A stretch of DNA of 64,000 bases from an uncultured virus (IMG/VR IMGVR_UViG_3300045391_005857) (IMGVR_UViG_3300045391_005857); one strand, 5' to 3'. Positions 37,852 through 48,534 are shown, counted from the stretch's first letter. Numbers and translations are program-made. Notes: a model not told the origin generated them from the sequence alone.

Positions 37852-39151
37852 CGATTTCGCCGTGTTCGCGATCGACGATCTGCCGCCCGAGGCGATCGCC
37901 ATGCTGCAGGCGCTATACTCCCGCGATCCTCGTAGCGTCATGGTGCACCTGGAGCAGGTGAAGAAACTCGGCCCCGAGAAGTTCATGTCCACGTTCTACG
38001 TGGGCTACGGACACAGGTCGATTGGCGACTGCGGGACGACGTCGTTCTTTATCGAGAACGTCAGCATGCTGGCCGCCAAGGCGATCCAGGACTGGCCGCT
38101 CTACAACGGACAGGAGGCTTCGACACGTTATCTCGACATGTCCAAGCAGCCATTCCTCAATCCGCTTGGCACAGCGGGAGGAGCAAAGATTCAGGACGAG
38201 TGGCGCGCGTTCTACTCGTACGTCCTCGAAATGCTTGTGCCGCATCTCAAAGTGCGGTTTCCGCTCCAGGAGGGGCAAGAGGAGAAGGTATACGAGAAGG
38301 CTATCAAGGCCCGGGCGTTCGACATCGCTCGCGGGTTCTTGCCGGCCGGCGCTACTACGTTCGTTAGCTGGCACACCAACCTGCGGCAGGCGGCCGATCA
38401 TCTTAAAGGCATGCGGCATCATCCGCTGGGCGAGGTCCGCAACATTGCGGAGGTGGTGCTGGGAGCGGCGCAGCAGAAATACGCCGCCAGCTTCCTGCAC
38501 AAAAAATACGATGCTGAAGAAGACTACGTGTCGCAGTCGGAGGCGGCGTTTGCATATTTGCAAGACGTCGGGCCGGCCGGCGCTTTCTTGTACAAAAGCC
38601 ATCTCGACGTGCAGGCGCTTTGCGACTACCCCATCAACAAGTTGCTCAACGATCGACCGCCGAAGGCCGAGCTGCACCATCGCTTCCGGCAGTACGGTAC
38701 GATCGACTTTAGCTTCCCGATCGATTTCGGTTCTTATCGCGATCTCCAACGGCAACGCTCCTGCGTGCAGGAGATGCCGCTACTGACGACGAAATGGGGC
38801 TTCCACGAGTGGTACCTGGAGCAGCTAACGCCCGCATTGCGAGAGGTATCGACGGAATTCATCAAGCAGCAAGCGATTAGAATTGCTGGCTTGGACGCCA
38901 CCGATGTCGTCAAGCAGTACTACGTCGGCATGGGCTACGTCGTGCCGGCGAAAATCTCCTGCACGCTGCCCTCGGCCGTCTACATCGCTGAGCTGCGGTC
39001 CACCGACGCCGTGCATCCGACCCTGCGTGTGCAGGCACAGCGGATGGGCGACGCCCTGGAGGAGGCCGTTCCCGGTTTGAAGATGCACCACGACCGGTCG
39101 CCCGGCACGTGGAACATCCGCCGCGGTACCCACGACATCGTGAAAGTCTGA
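37841..39151 (+). CDS. thyX: Flavin-dependent thymidylate synthase (tandem ThyX domains)
   Basis: YGHRSI, QEASTRY, DIARGFLP, NLR, HPLGEVR; second domain YRDLQRQRS, ELRS...HP. Confidence 0.88.
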   Translation: MLPNDFAVFAIDDLPPEAIAMLQALYSRDPRSVMVHLEQVKKLGPEKFMSTFYVGYGHRSIGDCGTTSFFIENVSMLAAKAIQDWPLYNGQEASTRYLDMSKQPFLNPLGTAGGAKIQDEWRAFYSYVLEMLVPHLKVRFPLQEGQEEKVYEKAIKARAFDIARGFLPAGATTFVSWHTNLRQAADHLKGMRHHPLGEVRNIAEVVLGAAQQKYAASFLHKKYDAEEDYVSQSEAAFAYLQDVGPAGAFLYKSHLDVQALCDYPINKLLNDRPPKAELHHRFRQYGTIDFSFPIDFGSYRDLQRQRSCVQEMPLLTTKWGFHEWYLEQLTPALREVSTEFIKQQAIRIAGLDATDVVKQYYVGMGYVVPAKISCTLPSAVYIAELRSTDAVHPTLRVQAQRMGDALEEAVPGLKMHHDRSPGTWNIRRGTHDIVKV

Positions 39152-39152
39152 G

Positions 39153-39644
39153 ATGAGTCGGCCTGAATCGATTTGGATGATCTGCACGCCGGTCAACGAA
39201 GCTCCGGCGATGCAGGATGGCAACTACGCGGCGGTCAGATTTGACCACCGTTACCTAAAGTTCGTGCTGGAGCGCATACAGCACGCGGCCGACACCGAGA
39301 AAAAGTGGTCTACTTTCTACCGCTCCGAATACACCGACAGCCAACTGTTCTGGTTGTCGAACGTCGCCAACGAGGGTGATGTGGCTGCGGAGGATGTGGC
39401 CGATCAGGCTGTGGATTTAGCAGGGCTCGGCAGTGCGTGGTTTGAGATGCCGCAGGGCTGGGAGCCCGAAGAGGCCTGGAAATGCCGGCAAGAGCTGACC
39501 TTTATCGGTGTCGGCTCCAAGGACATCATGTATCAGTTCGGCGAGGTGCATCTCGATTTCACTTTTGAGACGCCTACGTTGTCGAGAGAAGTGCTGGGGG
39601 CTATGCTGGCTCGCGTCTCAGTTAAGTCACGGAGGGCGAAATGA
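39153..39644 (+). CDS. Hypothetical protein
   Basis: 163-aa ORF tiling with neighbours. Confidence 0.65.
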   Translation: MSRPESIWMICTPVNEAPAMQDGNYAAVRFDHRYLKFVLERIQHAADTEKKWSTFYRSEYTDSQLFWLSNVANEGDVAAEDVADQAVDLAGLGSAWFEMPQGWEPEEAWKCRQELTFIGVGSKDIMYQFGEVHLDFTFETPTLSREVLGAMLARVSVKSRRAK

Positions 39645-40081
39645 GCCTGCTGCCACCACCCAGACCACCCGCGACGGACGTGCCGGACAGTAATCTTGGA
39701 GATGCCGTGTGTCATGGCGGTGCCCATGCGGTAGCTGCCGCGGTCAAGAAGGCCAAGCCGCCGGAGATTCATTACTCGGTCGCGGGCACCGGCAAGGATC
39801 GTCACATCGTGCACGAGATTGTCGGCACGCTCCGGGGCTCCACGCGAGCCGCCGGCCGCAATGATCCCTGCCCTTGTGGGTCGGGGAAGAAATACAAGAA
39901 GTGCCACGGCTCTTCGAAGCCCAAACCGCACCAGCCACCGCGGCGGAAGCAAGACATTCTCGTCCCGAACATCTCGGGGGCGAGGGTCATACCAATCAGG
40001 ACTACGTTCGAGGTGATCGACGATGCCGATAACGGCGTTCCCGCTGCACCTGAAGGTGAAGGACATCCGGGAGGCAATTGA
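39641..40081 (+). CDS. SEC-C metal-binding motif protein
   Basis: [19 protein letters not shown]. Confidence 0.8.
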   Translation: MSLLPPPRPPATDVPDSNLGDAVCHGGAHAVAAAVKKAKPPEIHYSVAGTGKDRHIVHEIVGTLRGSTRAAGRNDPCPCGSGKKYKKCHGSSKPKPHQPPRRKQDILVPNISGARVIPIRTTFEVIDDADNGVPAAPEGEGHPGGN

Positions 40082-40367
40082 AGGCTACCCTGATGAAGCC
40101 ACGTTTTACTTGGCCTACGGCGAGGTGGAGACCGAAAACATTTTTGCTCGGGTTGACGGACTGACCCGATATACCCCAGAAGACGGCAATGACACGCCGG
40201 GGCCGCTGATCACTATCTCGTTGATGGATGAGAGTGCCCCGCACGCTGGCGAACACTGTCCGGACGACAACTGCCCGGGTGTGATTGACGAAGACGGTGA
40301 CTGCTCTCACTGCGGCATCGATTACCAAGACCTTGAAGAGGATGACAATGAAGACGATGACAGATAA
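40023..40367 (+). CDS. Acidic hypothetical protein with Cys cluster
   Basis: GAGGTG SD; CPDDNC...CSHC. Confidence 0.55.
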   Translation: MPITAFPLHLKVKDIREAIEGYPDEATFYLAYGEVETENIFARVDGLTRYTPEDGNDTPGPLITISLMDESAPHAGEHCPDDNCPGVIDEDGDCSHCGIDYQDLEEDDNEDDDR

Positions 40368-41388
40368 ACAAATGCAAACGATGCATGGTGGCGTCGCTCC
40401 GCACGAACGTCGCGTTATGGCGATGATGATCGGTTTTGGGCAGAACGTGCCCGACGGTCCGACTGTCGCGAGTGAGAAAGACCGTATCACGCGGGCCAGG
40501 CTCATTCTGGAAGAGGCCTTGGAATACGTTGCCGCCGCCGGTCTGAAAGTCGTCGTCGATAATTGCGACGACAACATTGCGATCGATCTGGACAATCCCT
40601 TTGGAAAGGGTCCGGGCACGCTTACCATCTCTGCCGACGGTGAGGCGACACCTGACCTGACCAAAATCGTTGATTCGCTCAGCGATATCTCCGTCGTCAA
40701 CACGGGCGGGTTTGTGACGCACGGCGTGCGGATGACGCCCATGCTGGAGCTGACCGATCAGAACAATCTGATGAAGATTGCGAATGGTAAGCTCGATGAG
40801 CACGGCAAGTTTCAGAAGCATCCTAGTCATCCTGTGCCGAACTATACGTTTGAGTTGCGGCTCCAGGGCTACGACTCGCAATACGACGAGCATTTGGAGG
40901 GGAGTGCTCACAACGATGTGGTGAATCCGATCGACGAGCCAGTCGCACCGTACGTTCCGGTTCGCACTGGCAATCCGGTACCGGCGGAGTTGCTGCCGGT
41001 GTTCCCACCAAAACCGACGGAGCGGACCAGCTCGGCTGAGCCAAATGAGGCGGCCGTGTCGAAGCCGACGCCGTTTGCAAGCGGCAGCTCGTTCGAGTAT
41101 TGGCCGGAGCTGGAGAAGGGCAACGTACTGCACTGCCCAGCGCAGAATACAATCCGCCCATCGAAGCATGATCAGTACTCGCTGGTCTACAGCGGGATGC
41201 TGGTTGACGTTATCCTGGCCGCGGCGCGGCAGTTTCATCCCGGCTTGCTCACGGCCTTGCTGGGGCTGGGCTTGAAAGCCGCCGGCTACGAGAAGAAGAT
41301 TTCGGTCGATCTCAACAGCGCACGCGTTACGCAGGCCGGCGAGCCTGGACCGCGCGGCGTGGTTTTCAGTTATCGTCGTCTCGAATAA
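40348..41388 (+). CDS. MazG/dUTPase-like all-alpha NTP pyrophosphohydrolase with C-terminal extension
   Basis: RARLILEEALEY...IVDSLSDISVVNTG...NNLMK...GKFQKH. Confidence 0.72.
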   Translation: MKTMTDKQMQTMHGGVAPHERRVMAMMIGFGQNVPDGPTVASEKDRITRARLILEEALEYVAAAGLKVVVDNCDDNIAIDLDNPFGKGPGTLTISADGEATPDLTKIVDSLSDISVVNTGGFVTHGVRMTPMLELTDQNNLMKIANGKLDEHGKFQKHPSHPVPNYTFELRLQGYDSQYDEHLEGSAHNDVVNPIDEPVAPYVPVRTGNPVPAELLPVFPPKPTERTSSAEPNEAAVSKPTPFASGSSFEYWPELEKGNVLHCPAQNTIRPSKHDQYSLVYSGMLVDVILAAARQFHPGLLTALLGLGLKAAGYEKKISVDLNSARVTQAGEPGPRGVVFSYRRLE

Positions 41389-41399
41389 GGAAATTCGTT

Positions 41400-42149
41400 A
41401 TGGCCGGCCGTAATGTCATGCAGCTTCGTCCCCGTGGCGACACCGGGGCGATGCCGTATAGTCCCCAGCGGGACTTGGCCACGCTGTACGTGCCGGCCAT
41501 GCGCGAGGCCTTGATGGGCCTCGACCAGGTCAACTGGCGCCCGTTCTTCCAGGAGTGGATGGCGGGCTGCAATATCACCCAGGACGACCTGGCAGAGGGC
41601 ATTAAACGGTTCGTGGAGGCCCACCGCCTGTTCACAGGCGTGCCCTCGATCACGGAGCCCGTACAGGCTTTCGAGCGGAGCGGATTCAACGCGCTCAGCC
41701 CGGCCATCCAGGCGGCGATCTACTTCCGCATTGGCGAGGTTATCGCAGCCGGCTTCTTCATCGCAATTCGTGACGTCACGATTCAGGGGCAGCTTCCTCC
41801 CAATGAGGATGAGATCGCCCGCACGGTCGCCGCGGCCCGTAAGATGGCGGAGCGGCTGACTGGCGTGTTGAAGACTCCTACGACTTCTCAGGAAGAGCTT
41901 GAAACGACAATCGAGGCTCTTAAAGTGGAGTGCGAAGATCGGAAGGCGGCAATGTGTCGCCTGCACGATATGGTCCACGATCGCGACCGACAGCTCGCTA
42001 TTAAGGCTGGCGAGCTGCATGCCGCTGTCAGCGAGAAGGAGGGCGCGCAGTGGCGGATGCAACGACGCAAACTATGGCAAACTCTCAAGGATTGGTGGTC
42101 CTGGCGGGTCCACCGTCGGCGTACGAAGGTGACCTCGTCGCCGAGCTGA
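41400..42149 (+). CDS. Hypothetical protein
   Basis: AAGGA SD; 249 aa. Confidence 0.7.
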   Translation: MAGRNVMQLRPRGDTGAMPYSPQRDLATLYVPAMREALMGLDQVNWRPFFQEWMAGCNITQDDLAEGIKRFVEAHRLFTGVPSITEPVQAFERSGFNALSPAIQAAIYFRIGEVIAAGFFIAIRDVTIQGQLPPNEDEIARTVAAARKMAERLTGVLKTPTTSQEELETTIEALKVECEDRKAAMCRLHDMVHDRDRQLAIKAGELHAAVSEKEGAQWRMQRRKLWQTLKDWWSWRVHRRRTKVTSSPS

Positions 42150-42937
42150 AATTCATCGGCAACTTAATGGACCACACCTTCTTCCCGGAGGCGGGTCTGT
42201 TTGGCGGGCAGCGGCGACGCTTCTGCCTACCCCACAACTACATCGTCTTCGACATTGAGACCAGCGGTTTCAGTCCCCAAGAAGACGTCATCGTCGAGTT
42301 CGGCTGGGCGATCGTGCAAGATCACCAGGCGACTGACTACGGCGGCGTCATGCTGGACTGGAGCCAGTTCGACCCCGACAACGCCAACTTCCACGAGTGG
42401 CTGCGCTGGCGACTGGCTAAGACGGCCGCGGACTGCGCCAAGCAAGGTCGGCATTACCACTTCACCTACGACCGGTTGAAGGCCGAGGGAGTGCATCCGC
42501 TCGCAGCGGTACGCGACTTCTCGGAACTCCTCAAAGCGTTTCTAAGTACCAACGCCTACCTGGTTGGGCACGGGGCTTGGAAGTTCGACCGCGTGCGGAT
42601 CGACAATATCACAGAGCAGTTCCTGGGCTACAAGCTGCCCTGGGATAACTCGCCACTGTTCGACACCGGCCTGGTGGAGAAAGCGTGCCAGCTCAACAAG
42701 GTGCCTTGCGACAGCGAGACGCTCAACGAGTGGTACCAGCGCGTGAATGGCCAGTGGTCGAAGAAGAAGTGGAACCTAGACGGCCACTGTGCCAGCAAGT
42801 ACAACTTGGCCGAGCGGTTCAATCTCGATCTGCGATATTCGCACACAGCGGGCTTCGATTGCCTGCTTACCCACTCGCTTGCGGAGACGTATCGCCAGAT
42901 CGGCGAGGCGTGTCGCGGCCTTGAGTACGATTCATGA
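42056..42937 (+). CDS. DEDDh 3'-5' exonuclease (DnaQ-like)
   Basis: FDIETSG, VGHGAWKFD, FDT, HTAGFDC; start uncertain. Confidence 0.85.
   Translation, partial: DATTQTMANSQGLVVLAGPPSAYEGDLVAELKFIGNLMDHTFFPEAGLFGGQRRRFCLPHNYIVFDIETSGFSPQEDVIVEFGWAIVQDHQATDYGGVMLDWSQFDPDNANFHEWLRWRLAKTAADCAKQGRHYHFTYDRLKAEGVHPLAAVRDFSELLKAFLSTNAYLVGHGAWKFDRVRIDNITEQFLGYKLPWDNSPLFDTGLVEKACQLNKVPCDSETLNEWYQRVNGQWSKKKWNLDGHCASKYNLAERFNLDLRYSHTAGFDCLLTHSLAETYRQIGEACRGLEYDS
42537..42550 (-). promoter_or_regulatory. Dispersed motif GGTACTTAGAAACG, copy 4 (antisense, inside the exonuclease gene)
   Basis: CGTTTCTAAGTACC on the + strand. Confidence 0.5.
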
Positions 42938-43884
42938 CCAAAAAGAAAAAGCAAACGCCCAAGACGCCGCCGGCAGACGATAAGCCGGTCTCACCATTGG
43001 TGGATGGGCATCCCACGCAGTGCGTCGCCGGCGGAGAGCATGAGCCAGTCGAAGACGAGGTCGACGGCAAGCGGGAGCGATATTGCAAGAAGTGCAAAGA
43101 TCCAATGCCGCTGGAGGAGTCCAAGCCAGAGGCTGGCAAAGCTAAGAAAAAGAAGGACAAGAGCGACGAGGCAAAGTCCAAGCCGCAAAAGCGCGACCAG
43201 GCACTCATCGTTGGCAAGTTAGCCAGCTCGCGAGACCCTCGCATCTACCGGACGATTATTTCGCGAGCGGAGCCGCCGTTCAAACGCTTCGTCGGCATCG
43301 ATCTAGGGACCAACTGCGGTATCACCTATGCCGATATTGTCCCGGGGCAGCCGGTTACCAATGCGCGATTATTGATGGGTCAGTGGGACTTGTCCATCAA
43401 TCAGTACGATAGCGGCATCTTGCGGCACGTGCGGTTGCAGCAGTTCCTGTCGATCCTGTCGCCCGATCTGATTTTCTTCGAGGATGTCAAGTACGACGCC
43501 CCTACTGATTCGTTCAAGGGTCTGCCCCTCGGCGCTATTGTGGCCCGTGTATCGCCCACGGCCGAGTTCTTCGGTGGTTTGAAGACCACGCTTGGATTCT
43601 GGGCGACGAGCCACAATATCCCGTGTCAGGGGATCGCTATTACGGAGGTCAAACGCTGGATCACCGGGAAAGGTAACAGCAGCAAGGTTGACGTGATCAA
43701 AGCAGTCAACGCGCGCTTCTCCGTCAACCTGGACCCAGAAGGCTACGAGTCCAGCGGCGCTGACAACATCGCCGATAGTGCCGCATTATGCGGGATGGCG
43801 ATCGAGACTTACTCGGATGGACTGACTGGCCATCTGGCAACCCACGACGAAGCAGGGGGCGCGGATGAATCTGTTGCTGAGTGA
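42934..43884 (+). CDS. ruvC: RuvC-like Holliday junction resolvase with N-terminal extension
   Basis: VGIDLG, FFED, VKRWITGKGNSSKVDV, DNIADS. Confidence 0.85.
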   Translation: MTKKKKQTPKTPPADDKPVSPLVDGHPTQCVAGGEHEPVEDEVDGKRERYCKKCKDPMPLEESKPEAGKAKKKKDKSDEAKSKPQKRDQALIVGKLASSRDPRIYRTIISRAEPPFKRFVGIDLGTNCGITYADIVPGQPVTNARLLMGQWDLSINQYDSGILRHVRLQQFLSILSPDLIFFEDVKYDAPTDSFKGLPLGAIVARVSPTAEFFGGLKTTLGFWATSHNIPCQGIAITEVKRWITGKGNSSKVDVIKAVNARFSVNLDPEGYESSGADNIADSAALCGMAIETYSDGLTGHLATHDEAGGADESVAE

Positions 43885-44422
43885 CGTCGCGACTGTCATC
43901 AGTTACCGGCCTATACCGGGCTATCCGCATTATGAGGCGGGCAGCAATGGGGCGATCCGTACGTACTACGTGTGGCATAGTAAAACCAGGCGCGTTGCGG
44001 CGACACCCCGCGTGGTGCGGCCTCATTTCAACAAGAGACTTGGTTACTACATGGTCCCCGTTATTCGGGGAGATGGTAAGTATACAAACCAGTATGTGCA
44101 TGTTCTGGTTGCGCTAGCGTTTCACGGGTTGCCGCCGAAAGGGCAAGAGGTGCGGCACGACAACGGCGTTAAAACAAATAATCGATCAGACAATTTGATC
44201 TACGGTACGCGGCTAGACAACAATCGCGACAAGCTGCGGCACGGAAAGCAACCGCGAGGTAGCCGCCATCACTGGGCCAAACTTTCCCATCGACAACTTA
44301 TGTCGATTTTCCAGATGCGCGGTCGTGGAAGACTACAGCAAGAGATTGCTGATCGACTCGGAGTGAGTCAAGGTTATGTGTCGCACGTCTTGAAAAACGG
44401 ACAGGAGTACTATGTCGTATAA
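43865..44422 (+). CDS. HNH homing endonuclease (NUMOD4-like + HNH + HTH)
   Basis: YRPIPGYPHYEA, YVHVLVALAFHG...VRHDNGVKTNNRSDNL, QQEIADRLGVSQGYVS. Confidence 0.88.
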   Translation: MNLLLSDVATVISYRPIPGYPHYEAGSNGAIRTYYVWHSKTRRVAATPRVVRPHFNKRLGYYMVPVIRGDGKYTNQYVHVLVALAFHGLPPKGQEVRHDNGVKTNNRSDNLIYGTRLDNNRDKLRHGKQPRGSRHHWAKLSHRQLMSIFQMRGRGRLQQEIADRLGVSQGYVSHVLKNGQEYYVV

Positions 44423-45245
44423 ATGGAATATGGTAGTGCAGGGGGACTGCGCGGTCGAAATCGCCAAGTTGCCGACCAGTGTCTGCGACTTAGTGGTTTG
44501 TGATCCCCCATATAACATCGGATTCGACTACGGCGACGGTGAATACGAAGATAGCAAAGAGGCCCATGAATACATCGATTGGTGCAAGCTCTGGCTGACC
44601 CAGGTCAAGCGCTTGCTCAAGCCTGATGGATCACTCTGGCTGATGATTGGCGACGCCTTCGTGTCGGAGCTGGATATCCTCTGCAAGAAGATGGGCTTCC
44701 ACAAACGCTCGCAGGTCGTGTGGCACTTCACCTTCGGGGTGAACTCCGTCAAAAAGTTCACGCCCTCGCATACACAGCTTCTCTACTACGTCTGCAACCC
44801 GAAGAAATTCACGTTCAATGCCGAGTCGGTGCGGGTGCCGTCGGCCCGGGCTCTGCAGTATGCCGACAAGCGGGCTCACCCGGACGGCCGGCTGCCTGAC
44901 GACACGTGGATTATCCGGCCCCAAAAGGCTCTGGATTACTTCCCGGCCGAGGCGGATACCTGGCTGTTCTCCCGCATTGCTGGCACGTTCAAACAGCGTG
45001 CTGGCACTCCCAATCAAATCCCCGAGCAGCTCCTGGGGCGGATTATCCGCACCTGCTCCAACCCTGGCGATCTGGTCTGCGACCCCATGATGGGCAGCGG
45101 ATCGACGCTGGCAGTGGCAAAGAAGCTCGGCAGACGCTACCTTGGTTTCGATATCTCCCCCGCTTTCGTCCGCTGCGCAGAGCGGCGGGTTGATGAGGCC
45201 AAAGAGGGTGAAGCACTCGACGGCCCGCTGCCACACGGAGGGTAG
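44412..45245 (+). CDS. DNA N6-adenine/N4-cytosine methyltransferase (beta class)
   Basis: Catalytic DPPY precedes SAM-binding DPMMGSGST; no cognate restriction enzyme seen. Confidence 0.92.
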   Translation: MSYKWNMVVQGDCAVEIAKLPTSVCDLVVCDPPYNIGFDYGDGEYEDSKEAHEYIDWCKLWLTQVKRLLKPDGSLWLMIGDAFVSELDILCKKMGFHKRSQVVWHFTFGVNSVKKFTPSHTQLLYYVCNPKKFTFNAESVRVPSARALQYADKRAHPDGRLPDDTWIIRPQKALDYFPAEADTWLFSRIAGTFKQRAGTPNQIPEQLLGRIIRTCSNPGDLVCDPMMGSGSTLAVAKKLGRRYLGFDISPAFVRCAERRVDEAKEGEALDGPLPHGG

Positions 45246-45269
45246 AGCGGGTAATGACAGGGAGGTCAC

Positions 45270-45692
45270 ATGGGCAACAAGAAGTTGGTGGTGCCAGGCA
45301 ATCAGCAAGCGGCACCGAGCCCATACACCGAGGATGATCTCAACAATGCCGCCAAAGACGCGGCCCTTCTGCTCAAAGACAGCCCCGCGATTGCGGTGTG
45401 CATGAACGTCGATATCACGGCCCGGCGATTGTTCATCGTCGCCCGTGGGCAGATGGATGCCATACTCGAAGAGGGCTGGGAAATCGAAAACCCGGCCCTC
45501 GTCGTACAAACCCTGGTTGTTAGTGCCCAGGAGAGAGCAGCCCGTACCCAATTCAAGGTGGCGGAGCTAAAACGGACGCTTGTAGAAGACGTCCTACCTT
45601 TTCTGAACCTGCTCGTGGAGCGGGAACAGCAACTAGACGCAGAAGAAGCAAAAACCAATGACAGCAAGCAAGACACAGCCGTCGCCGACTGA
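45270..45692 (+). CDS. Hypothetical protein
   Basis: GGAGG SD. Confidence 0.7.
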   Translation: MGNKKLVVPGNQQAAPSPYTEDDLNNAAKDAALLLKDSPAIAVCMNVDITARRLFIVARGQMDAILEEGWEIENPALVVQTLVVSAQERAARTQFKVAELKRTLVEDVLPFLNLLVEREQQLDAEEAKTNDSKQDTAVAD

Positions 45693-46344
45693 GCGTTACT
45701 TCATCGGTATGACGACAGTCGCCCGCGAGCACTGGCTCTCCTTTGTGCGGGAGCCCGAAGCCACGCGGTCGAGCAAGCCGGAGTCCGTACAGAAGGAGCG
45801 CGACGCCAAACGGGCGAAGCAAGAGGAGAAATCCGCCAGTACGCCGATCATGGCCACGGCGTTACACATCGTGATCATCAACCAGACGGGCGAGATCGTT
45901 TTTGAAATCCACCAGCCCGAGAAAGAGATCGAGGGCAATGCCAGCTACAGCGCGATGCGGTTCCTGGCGAATGCACTGGCCGAGACCGGTCTGGAGGTCG
46001 GGCACAACAAGCTCGTCGATACCAACGTGCGACTGTTCGGTTTCGATATCCGCGAGCGACTCCGCCTGATGTCGCTCGACGCGATGCGGTTCGCCGTTAT
46101 CAAGAAAGTTCCGTTGCGGATTCCGATCGGACTGTGGTATCACCGCACGTTCGAGGCGGGAGCCTACCTCGATCCGTACGAGGCTTTTATACCGAGCGAG
46201 TTGCGGGGCGACATCGACTTCTCCTGCCTCTGCGACTTCCTCAATATCCCATCGACGGCGGTCAATCTCGACGCCGCTCCCCATGTCCAAGCCGAACTCG
46301 CGCGACAGCTCGCGATCATCGGTCAAATGTTCATTGCGGAATAG
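45658..46344 (+). CDS. Hypothetical protein
   Basis: 228-aa ORF tiling with neighbours. Confidence 0.65.
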   Translation: MTASKTQPSPTERYFIGMTTVAREHWLSFVREPEATRSSKPESVQKERDAKRAKQEEKSASTPIMATALHIVIINQTGEIVFEIHQPEKEIEGNASYSAMRFLANALAETGLEVGHNKLVDTNVRLFGFDIRERLRLMSLDAMRFAVIKKVPLRIPIGLWYHRTFEAGAYLDPYEAFIPSELRGDIDFSCLCDFLNIPSTAVNLDAAPHVQAELARQLAIIGQMFIAE

Positions 46345-46346
46345 CC

Positions 46347-47006
46347 ATGAATCATCCCACTGCCGAGCAGCGGCCTATCGACGTCAAAGAAACGCGACAG
46401 CCCTTTGACCACGAGACGGCACAGCAAAAGCCAGCCGAGAGAACCTTGCTCGACTGGAGCCGGGAGTTGGAGTTTTTCACTCCGGCCCTGCTCGTGCAGT
46501 TCGGGAAGTTCGACCGCGACCCGGTGATCGAAGTCATCAAGCACACCGGGATCGCGGCTTCCGCAGTCAACTGTGAGTCGCCGCTCTTCTCCGGTCTGGG
46601 GAAGGGCATGCTGCTGGGCCAAGAGGTCAATTGGGACCATCGCCTGTACTGCGTGCCCACGGAGCACTGGACACCATTCCGCGACACGCTTAACGGCATC
46701 GCCTGGCGCGATGTCGAACGCGGCACCTATAATCGAGCCATGTTCCACGAGCTGGACGTGTTCGATCCGACAACCTTCGCCAAGCGGGGCGGATTGCTCG
46801 CCGAGCTGCCGTTTCTTACGATCACGGTCTTTGGAGTCTCTAACAACAAGGGACAGGTCTATCTCGAACCGGCCTCCAGCCCGCCACAAAACCGACCGTC
46901 CCCCAAAACGATCGGTCCGCGGCCGGAGATGGTTCAGGAAGCCGCCAAGATGCTTGGCCCTATCACGGTCGAGACGTTGTCCCGCCACCGAAAGGATTCG
47001 CAGTGA
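46347..47006 (+). CDS. Hypothetical protein
   Basis: ATG 46347 just after the upstream stop. Confidence 0.65.
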   Translation: MNHPTAEQRPIDVKETRQPFDHETAQQKPAERTLLDWSRELEFFTPALLVQFGKFDRDPVIEVIKHTGIAASAVNCESPLFSGLGKGMLLGQEVNWDHRLYCVPTEHWTPFRDTLNGIAWRDVERGTYNRAMFHELDVFDPTTFAKRGGLLAELPFLTITVFGVSNNKGQVYLEPASSPPQNRPSPKTIGPRPEMVQEAAKMLGPITVETLSRHRKDSQ

Positions 47007-47347
47007 AAATCAATGTTAGTCTGCCCGGCCCGATGGAGGCCGAGGTGACGATCGACGACAAGCGGAATGTGGTCGATCTGACACCATTTTTTTACTCGGG
47101 CGTGACGGCCGTCCCGGCGATGCGAATCAACGTCGAGAACGGCAAGGGCGTTAAGCGGCAGTTCGCGATCATGCTCAATAGCAAGACCGGCGGCGTGACC
47201 GTACAGAGCCTCGATCGCAAGGTCGCGGCGGCGTTTGATACGCTGACGCCGGAAGAATTCAAGGCCAAGCAGGCCAAGGTCAAGACGAAGAAGCCCAAGG
47301 CAAAAGCAACCGAGCCGCCAGCACCCGATGCCAAGGTACCTCACTAA
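47003..47347 (+). CDS. Hypothetical protein
   Basis: GTGA overlap; AAGGA SD. Confidence 0.65.
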   Translation: MKINVSLPGPMEAEVTIDDKRNVVDLTPFFYSGVTAVPAMRINVENGKGVKRQFAIMLNSKTGGVTVQSLDRKVAAAFDTLTPEEFKAKQAKVKTKKPKAKATEPPAPDAKVPH

Positions 47348-47732
47348 AACTTTCACCGAATCTCGCTATTGGGAGCGCAGTGAATTCGACCCGTTGTATA
47401 AATGGGTGGAAATCCCGCGCGTCACGACCGGCGAGATTCCGCTTGACGCGCAGATACGAGAATGGGTAGAGCGTACACAGGCTGTGATCGTGCATCCCGG
47501 GCAACTGGGCCTTTACAGCCAGATGATGGATGATCGGAATCGCTTGCGTTGTACGACGTTTGGTCAAACCGTGTTGTATGTAGAAGCTGATACCAATGCC
47601 CAACCAGAATCGCCCCCGCCCAGTTACGGAAACGACCACGGCCCAGAACGCAGCCGAGCAGAGCCAGCGGGAGTCACTATCACGCCTACCCAACCTCCCC
47701 CAACCAACCCCGGCGCCCCCTTCGGCACATAG
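47328..47732 (+). CDS. Hypothetical protein
   Basis: 134-aa ORF; 3' end overlaps the next gene. Confidence 0.5.
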   Translation: MPRYLTKTFTESRYWERSEFDPLYKWVEIPRVTTGEIPLDAQIREWVERTQAVIVHPGQLGLYSQMMDDRNRLRCTTFGQTVLYVEADTNAQPESPPPSYGNDHGPERSRAEPAGVTITPTQPPPTNPGAPFGT

Positions 47733-48534
47733 CGTGTTCGCAACGGGTCCTCGGCGAAGTGCCGTTATGCCAGCCCTATCTGACGACCCGAATGCACCTG
47801 TCCCCGAGCCCCCGCCGCCCAAAGGCCACGTGGGCGGTGCCTTGCCCAAAACCGAAGAGGAAGTCACAGCGCTGGCTACGGTCGCCGCGCTGGAGCCCGT
47901 ACAGCCGCCTGGTCCGCCACCAGCGCCGCCACCGCCGCCGGAGCCAGCACCTTCGTTGGAGGGTTTACCGCCCTCCACGATCCCAGCTCCGGCGGCGGAG
48001 TCGCCGGCCGTAGTCGCCCAGCCCGTGGTGCAAGCGCCGAAGCCGCCGCAGCTTGTCGCTCTGCAGCCGGCCCCGATGAATCTAGGCGTGCCAGCGATGC
48101 TCGAAGTGGCCAAGCAGTTCTTGAACCATACGGCGATGGAGCAGTCCGATCGGTTCTACCTGGTGGCCATCCCCGACGACGGCGAGCCCGACGTCCATGA
48201 GTTCGAGAAGATCGACACGCTCATCGACCAAGTCATCGCGTCTCAAGGTCAGAATACAACCTTATTCTGTTTCGTGGGCAAGTGGATGTATATCGCCGAG
48301 GCAGCGAATAGTCCCGGCCTGCAGTATTTGAATACGCCGGCCGGCAATGTGCCTCTCTTCAAGATGCCCAAGCCTGGCGAGCTGAAGGTCAATCGCACCG
48401 GCTGGATGGGCAAGGGTCCGCGAGAGCTGACGATCCCCAAAGAGGCTCCCAAGCCTGCGGATAAGCCGGCGGAGGCAGCAGTACCTGCCAAGGAGGAAGA
48501 GATTCCTCTCTTCAGCGGTGGTCACGGCCCTTAA
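47596..48534 (+). CDS. Hypothetical protein with Pro-rich N-terminal half
   Basis: 312 aa; globular C-terminal half. Confidence 0.7.
   Translation: MPNQNRPRPVTETTTAQNAAEQSQRESLSRLPNLPQPTPAPPSAHSVFATGPRRSAVMPALSDDPNAPVPEPPPPKGHVGGALPKTEEEVTALATVAALEPVQPPGPPPAPPPPPEPAPSLEGLPPSTIPAPAAESPAVVAQPVVQAPKPPQLVALQPAPMNLGVPAMLEVAKQFLNHTAMEQSDRFYLVAIPDDGEPDVHEFEKIDTLIDQVIASQGQNTTLFCFVGKWMYIAEAANSPGLQYLNTPAGNVPLFKMPKPGELKVNRTGWMGKGPRELTIPKEAPKPADKPAEAAVPAKEEEIPLFSGGHGP

Noticed and set aside
43865..45245. Restriction-modification pair (HNH + methyltransferase)
   Set aside because: The HNH has the NUMOD4/HTH architecture of homing endonucleases, so the methyltransferase is more simply an orphan.
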